From Cercozoa sp. M6MM (Eukaryota > Protista > Endomyxa: Ascetosporea), in NCBI GenBank assembly GCA_040357565.1, contig JBDODJ010000108.1: DNA of 37,447 nucleotides; one strand, written 5' to 3'. Position 1 is the first letter of the stretch. The number at the start of each line of letters is the position of its first letter. A program made the position numbers and the translations under genes. The notes under the pieces were generated by a model, which was not told where the DNA came from, ran no database searches, and saw only the letters and a program-made list of their open reading frames with translations. Shown here piece by piece: positions 1 to 12,299 of the stretch.

Positions 1-691
1 GGGGGGTAAGAGAGGGGTATAAACCTGACGGTCCAACAGGTCGCCCAGCTGGAGGTCGGTGCCCTTGGCTCCCTCCGCAGTCGCGCCGCCGCGAGACCGG
101 ATCTCGAGCACCGACAGTCCGCGCGGAAGTTGGCGCTGCCTGCATGCACACATACACATATATACATATCTATATATATACATATCTATATATATACAAG
201 CACAAAGAAAGGTACAGGTGCGGGTGGTTCTTGTACGCGTTGTCGTCCGAAGCACGGGCGTTGCGACGCATCACGATGCCTGCAGGGTCCCTCGGAAAAG
301 GGTATAATCCTCCTGTCCCACACTACCCGAATAGAGGGTCAGATGACACACCATTCTGACGACAGGGCGCAGCAGTCAGAGTGTGAATGGTGCCAACGAC
401 GTCGTCGGGAAGCACGCCACGCTGTACACGCACACGTCGGGTCAGGACACAAGAACACACATGGCCCAGACAGGCAGGGCAGATAGGCAGCATACCGGCA
501 CAACACGCGTCTTGATGACCACAAGCGGAGTGTTCTTGGCATCCACAGGACACGCTCCCACACCTGCCAAGTAAAGCCCCTTATACCAGACTCTACGACT
601 GACACAACAACAGAAGCCCAAAACTACCCAGCAACTCGGCGATGCGCTCGCGCGAGAACTCATTCTTTCTGCCCTTGCGACCGCCACCCAT
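1..691 (-). CDS. 5' part of an intron-containing uncharacterised gene that continues beyond position 1; possibly an RNA-ligase-like family
   Basis: ATG at 691. Five exons joined at GT-AG introns give MGGGRKGRKNEFSRERIAELLG|VGACPVDAKNTPLVVIKTRVVP|RGVLPDDVVGTIHTLTAAPCRQNG|IVMRRNARASDDNAYKNHPHL|QRQLPRGLSVLEIRSRGGATAEGAKGTDLQLGDLLDRQ. The family guess rests on recalled resemblance only. Confidence 0.6.
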
Positions 692-1094
692 TTTGCCTTA
701 ATTCGCCTGTACTGTGCTCACAAGTGTGCTGCAACACTCAAAAGTCGCTAAAACAGAGCTGTAAGACTTGTAGGCTGCGTTTTACACGCTGACGAAAGCA
801 AGCAACAGACAAGAAGTATTCCGGTAGCCACTCTGAGTGCAGCTTTAAATTTGAGCTGGCGCAAGCGCCTTTCATCATTTAGAAGATTTGATGAGTGTAA
901 GCGCGGGTGAACAGCATGTTATGTCCGTAAGCGTCGAGGATAATATGTTGTCTCCGTCCAGCGAGAATACTGCGCATCAGCGCGGGTCGGCACTGATACA
1001 AAAAACCACATCTCGTCTTCGTAAATCAGTGGATTCCCGAGGGCTTTAGATTCCTTTTGCACCAACGCTTGAACTTAGAGATCGAAAGCGTGTT

Positions 1095-4000
1095 ATGAAA
1101 CACGGACTACACCTTTATATTGCACTGCTAGTTGTTTATGTGGTCGCTGACAATGCGGTGCCACTGTCGGCCATGACACCAACGTGCATCCGCCAAGGTA
1201 CTGAGGTTCTACCGCAGTGCTCCAATCATATTTGTTCAGTGTGGATGTGCAATTGTGCATGCAGGCAAGTGCGTGAACAACCGCGGTCAGACCGACCCGT
1301 CCGTGTGCTGCTCGGGCATGTGCGACAAGGACAATGGATGCGTCTCCTCGACAGAGGCGACTGCAATTTGGACGCGCGTGTCGTCGGCGGGTATCCCTTT
1401 CGTGTGCAAAGCGGTACAAAACTGGCATCGCTGTACATGTAAAAGATTGTAGTTTCAGCAAGCTACTTTATACAGTATTCGTACTTTGGAGTTCGATGCG
1501 ACAAGCCGTCGTACTTTGATAGTGGCAAGATCAGTGCCGATTGTTTATGCCCCGAAAACAAGCCGTGCCTGGTACCAAACACGCAGGATGATCTATTGAC
1601 AGTCGCGACTCTAGATTTCACTTACTGTAGTACTGTGTACACAGATTGGCAATGGAGACACAGCTCTGTGCTCTTCTCGCTTCTGGATTGGATACTGCGA
1701 CCCAGAGATCAGTGCTTGCATTCCACAACTACAGATCAGCGTTGCCTTAAAGAAGGCACTGTTTGGCCACCCGAAACCCACTGCGAACAATGGACTTGGA
1801 GGCGAGTGCGATCCTGCAGTGCCTGACTCGTGCGATGACACTGCCAACTTGAGTATGCACACTGTTGAGTGCTTCTGCTTGGAGTGTTTCATGCTGTATT
1901 GTAGTGTGCAGCCCCACATGCGACGTACTAGTGGGTACTTCGATTACTCCGTCCTCGCCGTGTCCGCAGAACGGCTTCGATGTGTCCACTCCAATGCCTC
2001 GCGATCTGGGCGACGTCGCCAACGTGTGCAAGTACACTGCCGGTGCCGCCGTGGGTCTCAACGAGCCCTGTCTGTGCGACTCGGACTGCAGCCAGGGTCA
2101 GTGTATCGTTCTTCTCGGCAACAACCTCCATGGACTTGTCAATGCTCAAGATGACACCTCGCTACTTGGCGAGTGCTTGGTACGTACAGGAACATATCTT
2201 CATAATTCCTTTCGTTGCACCGCACCCACTTCAAATTTAGATTCCTCCCGGACAAACGACGTGCAATATCGACTGCAATTGTCCACCAGGAAGCGAATGT
2301 GATGGAGGCGGGGCATGTACAATTCCAGTAATATAAGCCTGTTTGAGTTCAATAGGGCTAACTCACGGCATATGCGTCGGTACTCTAGGCCGGGTCAGCC
2401 TTGTTGTGCGCCAGTGCGTCTTGTACACCTCCTGCGACATGCAACAACTCAAACTTGTGCAAACTCGGCGCTGGCGAGAAATGCGTTGAAAATGTTCAAT
2501 GTGATAGTGGCAATTGCCACATATTGACAGGGACTTGCACTGGCTGCGCCGTCAACGACGCCGATGCTTGCTCGTAGTTTCCCCATGGCGTGGGGCACAG
2601 TCCCTATACTAAAAATGTGTAGAGGCACCGACATTCTGGAAGGCGGCGCATGTGTGCCGCTGCCTTCATGGATATCCGACCCCAGTCGCAACATCCCTTC
2701 CACTCTACCAGTGCTACTTTATTCTTAAATACAGTGTCCATTTCAAGACATCATATGTGCCACAGCTGCCGTGGATGGTGTCAGACGACACGAGCGATCC
2801 CTTAAAAGTTGACACTGTTGCTGGTACAGGGTTGGACGTGTTTTGTGGCACTTCGGTACGATTATAAAGAGTTATCAATCGTAACTGTTCTGGAATGCCG
2901 AGCTCTTAGCTCACCTCGACGGCAATTGTGTATCGTTGGCGTGTGCCTTTTTCGGGCATATACACTTTGACCACTTGCGAAATTTCCTTCTTTTACGACA
3001 CAAAAGTACAAAAATCCCAGGTCTTGGACTACAAGACAGTCAAAAACCCTTTGCCAATGAATGAATCGTAGCTCTCGGTTTTTGCCGCCAATGATGGAGG
3101 TGTTCCTGTGTGCATTGACGGAAATGACGACTTTGGTTGCTCGAATTTCTTGCAATCAGGAGTGGTGGCGACCTTAACTGAGGTACAGTACTGAATCCCT
3201 ACGGTGCAACACTGCCATTCAGCTGTCTCGGCATACAGATGCCAATCTTGAGTGTAGTGCGAGACCGTTTACATCGTGGTGCATGGGTTTTCTAGCGGCA
3301 TGGGTCCATTTACACTTACGGTAAAACCATCACCACAAGTATTGGCTCGTACTCGTAAGGTATACATAACTAGGTTCAACTCGAAGCTCTGACATGCGTT
3401 GTAAACGCGGACTGTCCCACTGGCAGTATCTGCGACGGAGGCACGTGCACTATTCCGGTATTTCGTTTGTTTGGGTGGCTGTTTGTGTCTACAGTTTAAA
3501 TCAATTCAATGTCAGGCCGGTTCGACGCAGTCGTGCGCCAGCGCTACTTGCACGCCGCCAGCGACGTGCAGCAGCTCGAATCTGTGCAAACTCGGCATCG
3601 GCGAGGACTGCACTGACAGTCAGCAGTGCCAGGCTCTATGTGACCCTGGAACAAGCAAGTGCGTGTGCTCGAATGACGCCGATGAGTGCCTGTAACGTGT
3701 TGTGCATGTACGTCTGGGTGTGGATGTGCGGGTTTGAGTGTGCAGCGGCACTGACATCTTCGAGGCCGGAAGCTGCTTGTCGTTGCCGGCGTGGATCCCT
3801 GTGGCAACGGCAGGGGATCGAAACGTTCCGTCCACCACTGCGGTATGCTTGTCTTGTTGGTCGATCTCTCAAAAGTTCACTTTCGATGATAGCTTCCTTG
3901 GACGAAAGCGGGCGACACTAGCGGCCCTGATGCAGTTGTTCTTGATGGCACTGGCTTGCATACTTTCTGTGGCACGTCGGTAAGCTGAAGTCGGAATGAA

Positions 4001-4528
4001 ATACAGAATTCATATCCATGCAATGCTAAAATCACTGGTATAGTACACTGCTGGCAGCGGTGCCATTGTCTACCGTTGGCGTATTCCGACCCCAGGTACG
4101 AACTGTCCACTGTCCCTTTTCGACTTAAATGGATTATACCAACTGGAATATTACAGGGACTTACACGTTTTCCACTTGCAACGCTGCTAGCTATGACACA
4201 AAGGTATTAGCATATCGTGACATTCTGTACTGTATCTCCATGCGTAGTACGTGTTCTCTCGATGCTTTGTAGATCACGGTCTTTGCTGCCAATGGTGGCG
4301 GCACGCCGGTGTGTATCGCCGGTCAAGACGATGCTTTTGGGTGTTCAGGTTTCAGCACTGAATTAACGGTTGGCGGATTGATCGAGGTATATCTAAACTT
4401 GGTGCCTGCTGTACTGCAAGATCGATGCTGTTGGAGTGACACTTTATTCTTAGTGTGAAACGGTCTACATTGTGGTCCACGGGTTCAGTGGTGCCACTGG
4501 TTCGTTTACGCTCACGGTTTCAATGTAA
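1095..4528 (+). CDS. Secreted cysteine-rich protein with two tandem [Cys-rich + PPC-like beta-sandwich] modules
   Basis: Signal-peptide-like N-terminus (MKHGLHLYIALLVVYVVA) followed by Cys-rich exons. Module 1 reads IVYRWRVPFSGIYTLTTC..YDTKLSVFAA..CIDGNDD..ETVYIVVHGFSSGMGPFTLTV. Module 2 reads IVYRWRIPTPGTYTFSTC..YDTKITVFAA..CIAGQDD..ETVYIVVHGFSGATGSFTLTVSM. TAA at 4526-4528. The frame is maintained across GT-AG introns. Confidence 0.75.
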
Positions 4529-4785
4529 AGTTTGCCGAAAGCGTCGTGAAGCTGCTTCATCTATTTTGTGTTATTAAGCGCCATTCTTCTAGTTACATAA
4601 TTCTATTTTGTATTATTAACCGATTCAGTGCGAGGTCTACGTGACCGCTGGTACGGTACTCAATCGGTTGCTTGAGCGTGCATAGAAGTTTTTGCAAATC
4701 CAACGCGTACTCCATTCTCTAAATGTGCTTGTCACCTTGTTTCGTCGGTTACGTAGTTTTTCTTGCATTTGTTCAGTCAGCAAAA

Positions 4786-5639
4786 ATGCAGTTTCTTGGC
4801 GAAATGGCGTTTTTCGCTCTGGCGAGCGGCTTTCTCGGACTGATAGCGCGTGACCAGGTGTGCTGGTGTTAGTCTAAGCCGAAGTAATTGGGCAGTGTGG
4901 GTGCTTTTGTGTGACAGGCAACATTCGACTCGGTGGGCCAGCCGGTGCGTGTGTTGGCCAAGACGGCGCCGATCTGGTCGCTGCTAGTGCTGCTGCTGTT
5001 CCAAGCGGCCAGAAGCCAGAAGGTCAAGTCAAACCGACTGGTGTATGGCACTGCTCTGGGACTGCTGTTTGGCTCTGTCGGCGACGTCTCTCTTGATGTA
5101 ACAGCTTTTGTGGGATCGACACTCCTGATGTTATTGAGGTGAGGGGGTGCAGTTGGACACGAGCGGCAAGACTGGACCCATGTTCCTTGTGGGACTGGTC
5201 GCCTTTTTGATCTCGCACATCTGCTATGGTGCACTGCGCTGCATGTGTCTTAAGAAGGTCTGTGTCTCTGGATGGAATGTCCGCAGGTGTCGCACTGTTC
5301 AACGTGCGTCAGCCGATGCGGCCGATGTGCTTCTCGCTGTTGAGTGTCGTGATGTGCGGCTACTACATGACGCTGCAGCGACACCTGCCCGAGCAGATGC
5401 TGCTGCCGGTGGCTATCTACGCCAGCGCCATCCTCGGCATGACTGTCATCGCTGATGGCAGGTGCCCTGCCCTATAGATATACGTATATAAGATCTATAT
5501 ATGTATATGTATATACTACACACATATCGTTTGTTTAGTGGCCTCGTTCGTGCACGCATCGGCGCCGTTCTGTTCTGCATCTCTGATGCCACGCTTGCCT
5601 GTACCAACAACAGCATCGCGTGTGTGACAGATCCCTTCC

Positions 5640-5709
<70 letters not shown>

Positions 5710-5805
5710 TAGCACGGACGCCAATCGAAGCATCAGCATGAGCACCAGCGCGCTTGCTGACACGGGTATCTTTGTGTCTGAGTGTATGTGTGTATGTGTC
5801 TGAGT

Positions 5806-5870
<65 letters not shown>

Positions 5871-6089
5871 ATTTCTAGGGGACGCCTTTGCCGTGCCATT
5901 CGAACGCTCGCGCTTGATTGTCATGGTACCGTTTTTGTTGTTGTGCCAATGAGGGCACATTGCGCTGCATGTGTTTGGAATGACACTGCGCAGACGACGT
6001 ACTACCTGGCGCAATACTTCATCGCCAAGGCGGCCCTTGCTTCTGTCGGTGCACCGAGTCAGCGCGAGTCCGCCAAGAAGAGCAACTAA
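4786..6089 (+). CDS. TMEM86: YhhN/TMEM86-family lysoplasmalogenase (multi-pass membrane protein)
   Basis: The spliced product has the family motifs KTAPI, GLLFGSVGDVSL, FLVGLVAFLISHICY, PVAIYASAILGM, IGAVLFCISDATLAW and IVMTTYYLAQYFIA. It ends in KKSN*, a KKxx ER-retrieval signal. Confidence 0.88.
5644..5868 (+). repeat. Two (TG)n microsatellites in a TMEM86 intron
   Basis: Directly visible at ~5644-5708 and ~5811-5868. Confidence 0.95.
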
Positions 6090-6816
6090 CGGAATCGAAG
6101 AAACGAAGTACTGTAGTTCTGGGAATCCTCCCCTATCGTCGGGTAAAACAGTGAGCCAAGGGTGACGGGGACAGTGCGACTCAGTGGCGCACAATTGAAT
6201 GCATACTGGCCAACGGCAACAGTTGGTTCCTCGTCCCAGGAAACCTTGGTGCCTTGGCTCAGGTGTTTGCGTTGTTTGTTTTGTTTAGTATCGAGTGGAG
6301 GGACGGGAGAGTGACGACGGGACCCGACGCCGGCCGCGACGCCTCTCTACTTGCAGCCCGCTACCTGCACCAACCATGAAGTCGTTGTCCTGGGGAATCA
6401 AGAGGGAAGTTGCATGGCCAACCCTAAGCGCTGCGCAACGCAAACTGCGAGAGGCAGCCTGGCAACACACCGATCGCGAGCAATAGCACATCGTGTGCTC
6501 CGTACGGCAAGAGATTTCTTCGTTGGTTTCCTTTGAGACCCAACTAACTAACGAACTAAACCTGCAAATGGTGCATAGAACGTGTTAGAAGCAACAGTTT
6601 GGGCGTGCTTTGAGGGTCGCGCCAATATCAGGTCACCAATGGCCAGGTCACAGCAAAAAAGTGAGTCGCACGCCACAGCGAGATTGCCCCCCCCCCCCTT
6701 CTGATCTTTGGCTTTGCCAACGCACTGCCAATTGATTGAGAGATGATGAGGCTGGTCTGGTTCTCCGCTGGCACACCAACCAAACCACACTGTAAATTGT
6801 GTTTTTCTGTTGTCAA

Positions 6817-7204
6817 GAACTGCCCGACGACGGAAGAACTTCGTCTACGAGCAAGAAGGCCGAATAACAGAACTCTCTCAGCAAAACCAAGCGCTTGGCG
6901 AGGAGATTCAACGTCTCAAGGAAACGAGCTTGATACCGCTTGTCCAAGAGGCAAACCGTTCTGGAGCTCCGCTCGTTGACGTCAAGGTGCAGCTTGGCAA
7001 GCGACCCCGTATTCCAGGTATAAGTTTACTGCACATATGTTTACTAAGACGAATACCTATGTCTTCAAAGCTTCGCCAGGGAAAGGGAGTACCGTCGCTT
7101 CTCATGCTTACGGCAACTTCAAGCTCTTCCTTTCGAATGTCATCGATGCGACCGAAGAAGAGATGAAAAGATCTATTGTGAAGCAACTGCACAACAGACA
7201 CTGA
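6817..7204 (+). CDS. Putative exons of a bZIP-like/coiled-coil protein (5' end not resolved)
   Basis: RTARRRKNFVYEQEGRITELSQQNQALGEEIQRLKE is a basic stretch followed by a Leu heptad with a central Asn. A GT-AG intron at ~7018-7069 leads to an exon ending in TGA at ~7202-7204. No convincing upstream exon was found. Confidence 0.3.
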
Positions 7205-7562
7205 AATTCACAAAGAATGGAAAGATCCTCGGCAGGATCATCAAGACAGCGAGCAGACCCAGAGAATGGTCGATACGAAACACAGATAACACCACAAGAA
7301 CAAGTGGCTTGAACTTATACGAGATCTAGGATTCTCATTTCGTTTCGTCAACTTGCTAAATTTATGTTTTCTCTGGCGATCACCACCCTCTGTTCAGGCG
7401 CTTAGTTGTTTAAATGGAATCATCAATCAATCAGTATACATACCCGACCGTACGTCGAATCGTTGTTTATTTTTTTAGTGTACTTCACGTCAGTTGTCGG
7501 GTCGTTGGGGCACCGTCCTGTACGCAGCCTACGTACCTGCCGATGCCGACGTGAGATGCAGT

Positions 7563-8036
7563 TCAGAAGAGGAGCCACAGCAGCAGCAGCAGCAACTTGG
7601 CGGCGCCGAACAGCACGCACAGCACCAGCACGATCGCGATCGTGTCTGTCCAGGAAGACACAGACATATGTGACCGAAAGTAGCGAGTGCTTACAAGGCA
7701 CAAAACGCACTGATGGCCCATCGCTCGGGGGCGTCGATCATGTAGCCCGTCGACAGCAGGTTCCTGCAGAAGCAGACAAGTGACACCTCTTGGGGGGGGG
7801 GAGAGAGAGAGAAAGAGAGAGAGAGAGAGCAGAGTGAGTCGCACCAGTGGTAGATCAGGTCGTCGATGCGCTCCTTGAGTGTGTGCTTCGTATCGTTCTT
7901 GCCGTACTCGATCGGCGAGTCTGTGACACACGTCAAAGCATCACAAACAGGTGCGCAAAGGCAAGGACAGGCACGCACCGTCGCTGACGGAGGGCGCTCG
8001 CTTGCGCGGCATGCCCGAAACCAACCTGCTGGCCAT
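7563..8036 (-). CDS. SPTSS: Serine palmitoyltransferase small regulatory subunit (ssSPT/DUF3317-like), ~89 aa
   Basis: Four exons give MASRLVSGMPRKRAPSVSD|DSPIEYGKNDTKHTLKERIDDLIYHW|NLLSTGYMIDAPERWAIN|TIAIVLVLCVLFGAAKLLLLLLWLLF*. YHWNLLSTGYMIDAPERWAINT matches the ssSPT pattern YxYxLxTxxYMxxPxERxxxNx, followed by one TM helix. A probable 5'-UTR intron starts with GTAAGT at ~8097. Confidence 0.7.
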
Positions 8037-8344
8037 CTGCGCCTGCGCACATCATTGTGTTTTTGACTCCCAATCCAAAGCCAAAGGGCAGACTTACGAG
8101 GACTGAATAAGCTGATCAAGCACTATACTGTCCACTAACGGCGTGACGCACACTCGTCTAACCAGAAAGTGTGCGGTTTTCAATTGCTCGGCCAGTGGCT
8201 ACGGTGGCATAGCCACACTTTGATCCGGCCCGAAATCTCGCGTGCGTTGTGTGCATACGCCCGTTGATTACGCATTTAGTTTACTGGTACAGTTGGTTTT
8301 GTCTGGTTTTGTGAGTTGGTCGAAATGAAAGAAAATGTAGCAGG

Positions 8345-10329
8345 ATGTTCCGCCACCTGCTGGGCGGTGTGCGCGATGCCGACGTCCGGCTGCTGCTAGT
8401 GCAGACACTCAAGAATGTACTTACCGTCCTTTGTGTGAGTGGCAGCAGCGCATGCTGATGTGTGTTTGGCGAGACAGGGCAAGTACAACGACCTGAAGGC
8501 AGCCTTGCCGTCGCTCATGTCGGAGATGCCGCTGTCGCGTCTCGCGCAACTGCTGTGCATTGTGGCAGGCGACGTTGGTACCGCCTGTCTTCCTTCAGCA
8601 TAAGGTACTTGCATGTTTGTGTGTATGTCTTGTGTCTGCACAGGGGCACAGCAGAAGATGAAGGAGGTCAGAGGCATGGCACCCCTGCTGGTCACCGTCG
8701 CCAAGGTGTGTTATCTCTCTGTGTGCTTGTGCTTTGGATGTGTCTCGATGTCTTGTGTTGCACTGGGCAGGAAACGAAACTCGTGTCGGAGGGACGTTTC
8801 GAGTTCCTGCCCTCTGTACAGCTTCTGTTCTTCTCGCTGCCCACCTGTGTATGCTTGACCCTGACATACCCACCCTGAAAAAACAGGAGCTTCGAACGCG
8901 CCTGGCACGCGCTGCTTTGAGCAAAACAACGCCTCGGTGTGTTTCTCTCGATGCAGTCTCTAGATCTAAGATATATGTATATATATACATGTATACTATA
9001 AATGTGTAACTATTGTATACTTATGCATATACGATATATGTGAAGTGCGCAAACGGCAGCGGCAGCGCTCTCGTTTTTTGCGCTGTTCGACGCCGAGAGC
9101 GCTGACCGCAATTGCTTCCGCGCGGACCAGATGCCTTTCATCGAAGACGACCGTGTCCGTGCGGAGGAGGAAAACTTTGGAGCCGCGTTGGCGCTGGCAC
9201 GGCACAGTCTCAACAAGTGTCCGCATGTACCCTTGTCTACGATACCCTTTGATTTTTGCAACCCCCTCCCCCGCCTGTTCAACTCTTCGTTGGAGATAGG
9301 CCTTCACGACGGCCTTCCTGAGCAACCTGTCAGACGAGATGCTGCTGCGTGTGCTGCGTGCCTTTGCTGGTGTGTGTGTTGTAGTCCCTGTCCTTGTGCC
9401 TGTTCGACCCCTTCTCCATGCAGACAATGCGAACGACCTGACTCTGCTGATTGAGAAACTGCAGCCGAATGTCACGCAGCAATTGCTCAGTGTACCCTCT
9501 CTCTCTTTGTCTGTCTGTCTCCCTTGCTGCTGACCCTTGGAGGGTTCACTGACTGGTGTACAACACACTTACGCCACAACTGCACAGCGAACCAAAGATC
9601 GCGAGTTGCAGCAGGAGTACATTGCTCTGCTGGGTACTTCCTCTGCCCCACCCCCTACCTACCACTGTCACACACCTTATCCCCGACAGGCAAGAAGTCT
9701 CCCAGCAAGGCAGTCAAAGCATGCACTGCACTAAATCTCCCTCTCACTGTACCGCAGCCTTAACTGTGTCCATTTGTGTTTATACCTGCTTCCTCAAAAT
9801 ACAGTCGGCGCGAGAAGCTGTCTTGGCGATGCGATATCGGCAGATTCGGTACAGCCTCTGTCTTCCTTCTCCCCTGTGTCTTGTGTGATCTACCTTCTTG
9901 AGTCTCTGCACAGATACCTCAGCGGACACGACTCGCTGTTCACGCACGCCGACGGCGTCTTTGGCGCCTTCATGCGTCGGTTCGGTAGGCTTGTTGTGGG
10001 ATAGGCTAGGCTAGGTGGGCGTTTGATGCATCGGTGTGTATATTGTGTGTGCGTATGTGTGCACAGTGGACGGTTCGATGGGTGTGCCAAGCGATCCGTA
10101 CCTACGGCACGTCTGGATGACGGAGTACGACCCTCCGCATCCCCAACTACTGGCTTATGGGTGCTCCTTCCTTCCCTCCTTTCTCCTCCTTCCTTCCGTT
10201 CCTTCCTTCTGTACGATTACCTCTGGTCTTTGTGTGGATAGTGTGCGCTCTCTGGTCGGCGGCAGTGTCGAACACGCCCGGCTAGGTTTGGTACAGACAC
10301 AATTTGTTGTGCCGGGTTTTTTCACTACG

Positions 10330-10387
<58 letters not shown>

Positions 10388-11801
10388 AAAGTACTCAGCG
10401 ACCTGCTGGCACGGTGGGAGCACCTGCGGGGGTACCCACCTTTGTTCGTAGGTTGTGCTATCTCTTCGTACACTAGACTGTGTTTTGGTATGCCTGTGCG
10501 TTCCTCTCTGTGTACAGGAAGCTAAAGGAGACGTGGAGTTCTACCTCAGTACCAAACGCAACAACAGCATCTGCAACAGTCGCATCGGCAAGGAGAACGA
10601 CACCAAGAACACTGCTCATAACGACACGGACAACACTGAGGACAGCAAGGAACAGCGCGACTTCTGGCAAGTGCAGCACGATGTTATCATTGTCGACAGC
10701 AGCAACATTGACATGGCACGTTACCCGTGTTACCTCTCTGTTAAGTCCACGTAGATTATTCCCCCCCCCCCCCCCCAGCACAGGCGACGGAACACTTGAC
10801 CTCATCGAACGTGCTCGCCTTTGACTGCGAGTTTGTGCCGTCGTGTTTCTTCCTGACACACGCGACGTCTCTGCCGGCCTTGCTGCAGGTGCCTTGTGTC
10901 CTATCTCAAGGAGTAGTAGTCGGGGAGTACTAATGTTTGAGTACAGGTGTCCACCGAGACGCACTCTTTCGTGTTCGACACGTTGCCACTGTCGCGTGCC
11001 GCCGCTTTCAGCAAGGCTCACCGGGACGCTGGGGACCCCAAGAGCATGTCCCACTTCCTCGACTCCTTTCAGTGCGCCTTCTCCCTGCTCTTTCCCTCCG
11101 CTCTTTGGTGTTTGTATGTATGTGTGTGTTCAGACAACAACAGAAGGCACTGCTGCAGGAGTGTTTCGGCACCCCTCGCATTCGAAAGCTGGGTGCACAC
11201 CTGTTTCCACACACCTGCTTTTGTGTTGTGTTTATTAGGTCTGTTTGAGGTAGTGTTTGCGAGACGCGGCGATCAGCGTGCGCTGGCCAGTATCCAAGTG
11301 CCCGTGCGGGATCCCTTTGGTATCCAATACGTCCGTGTTGGGTGTCTTGCAGATATGCGTTGTTGTGCAGTGGACCTGCAAGTGCACGCGCGCCACTGGC
11401 TGAAGCAGAAGGACTACCCGTCACTGGCCAGTGCTGTTGAAGCCACACTGGGCCAGCCGCTCTGCAAGGAGCAACAGTGTAGCAACTGTACCCTCCTCCC
11501 TCTCTGTCCTGCTCCGTTACCTTGTAGTATCGTCCTGTGTGCATGTACGCTGACTGATGGGCAGGGTGCCGCCGTCCGCTGAGACCAGAGCAGCTCAAGT
11601 ACGCCGCCGCTGACGCCGCTGTGCTGGTGTGTTCACTAGCTTTCCTCTTTCTTTTTGGTGTGTTCTATTGTATGTGTGGTGTGCTCACAGATCGAGATGG
11701 ATCGCGTGCTGTGCGAAAAAGATCCCGTCTACTGTGCCAAACAAGAGAAGCTGCGACAGCAGATAAAGCAACGACCGCCACCACCGCCAGAATACGAGTA
11801 A
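8345..11801 (+). CDS. EXD3: mut-7/EXD3 (Nibbler)-like DEDDy 3'-5' exonuclease with a helical N-terminal region
   Basis: C-terminal exons give VLAFDCEFVP (ExoI DxE), PALLQ|VST..FVFD, RIRKL..GDQRAL (ExoII D), VDLQ, SLASAVEATLGQPLCKEQQCSNW and RRPLRPEQLKYAAADA (ExoIII YxxxD). TAA at 11799-11801. No Mut7-C domain follows. The start codon is tentative. Confidence 0.8.
10331..10385 (+). repeat. (TG)n microsatellite in an EXD3 intron
   Basis: Directly visible. Confidence 0.95.
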
Positions 11802-12299
11802 CTTGAAGCCGCGCATTGAAACGAAAGCTGGAAGCGAGGTTTTCCCATCGGTTTTCTGTTTCGTCCGCGGGCTGCTGCGCTGGGCACCGAGATGTCGACA
11901 TAAGCTTGAATTTAACGTCAACTTCATCATTTGACGCCGGAGCTTCTCAATTGTTTTAGTACATCCGATCGCATGTCGCGCATTTCTCTGAAAGGCCCTG
12001 TGTCGTTACGGAGTTCTTTGCGCCAGGAGGAAGATGCTCGTCCTTCTTAATGTGCGAGCAGAAACTCTACAGTGTCTTGGGTAGGCGACAGCGGCAGAGC
12101 GACGTTAATTTTACATATTTCAAACCCCGTCGCCCATACTGACAACTTTGGCATCTCGCTTGAATTGGTCGCGGCCGTCATTAGGCCAAATGTGTTGCGC
12201 TGGCAACATCTTCGTCGGCTTCTCGTATTTTTCGCTAGTTTTCAAACGCAATTAAAATCTGTGGTGCGCAGTCATTTCTCTTTAACCTTGCAACGCCTT

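Noticed and set aside
282-395. Possible GC-AG intron in the first gene (and at ~10716 in EXD3)
   Set aside because: In both cases an in-frame GT-AG alternative exists, so GC donors are not required.
888-997. C/D-box snoRNA (TGATGA...CTGA)
   Set aside because: The C box lacks the leading purine, there is no terminal stem, and no rRNA guide is recognisable. It lies in a divergent promoter region.
5713-5765. Cryptic 53-nt cassette exon between the TG tracts in TMEM86
   Set aside because: It is flanked by AG/GT, but inclusion would frameshift, while skipping gives the family-consensus LAWDAF. There is no support without transcripts.
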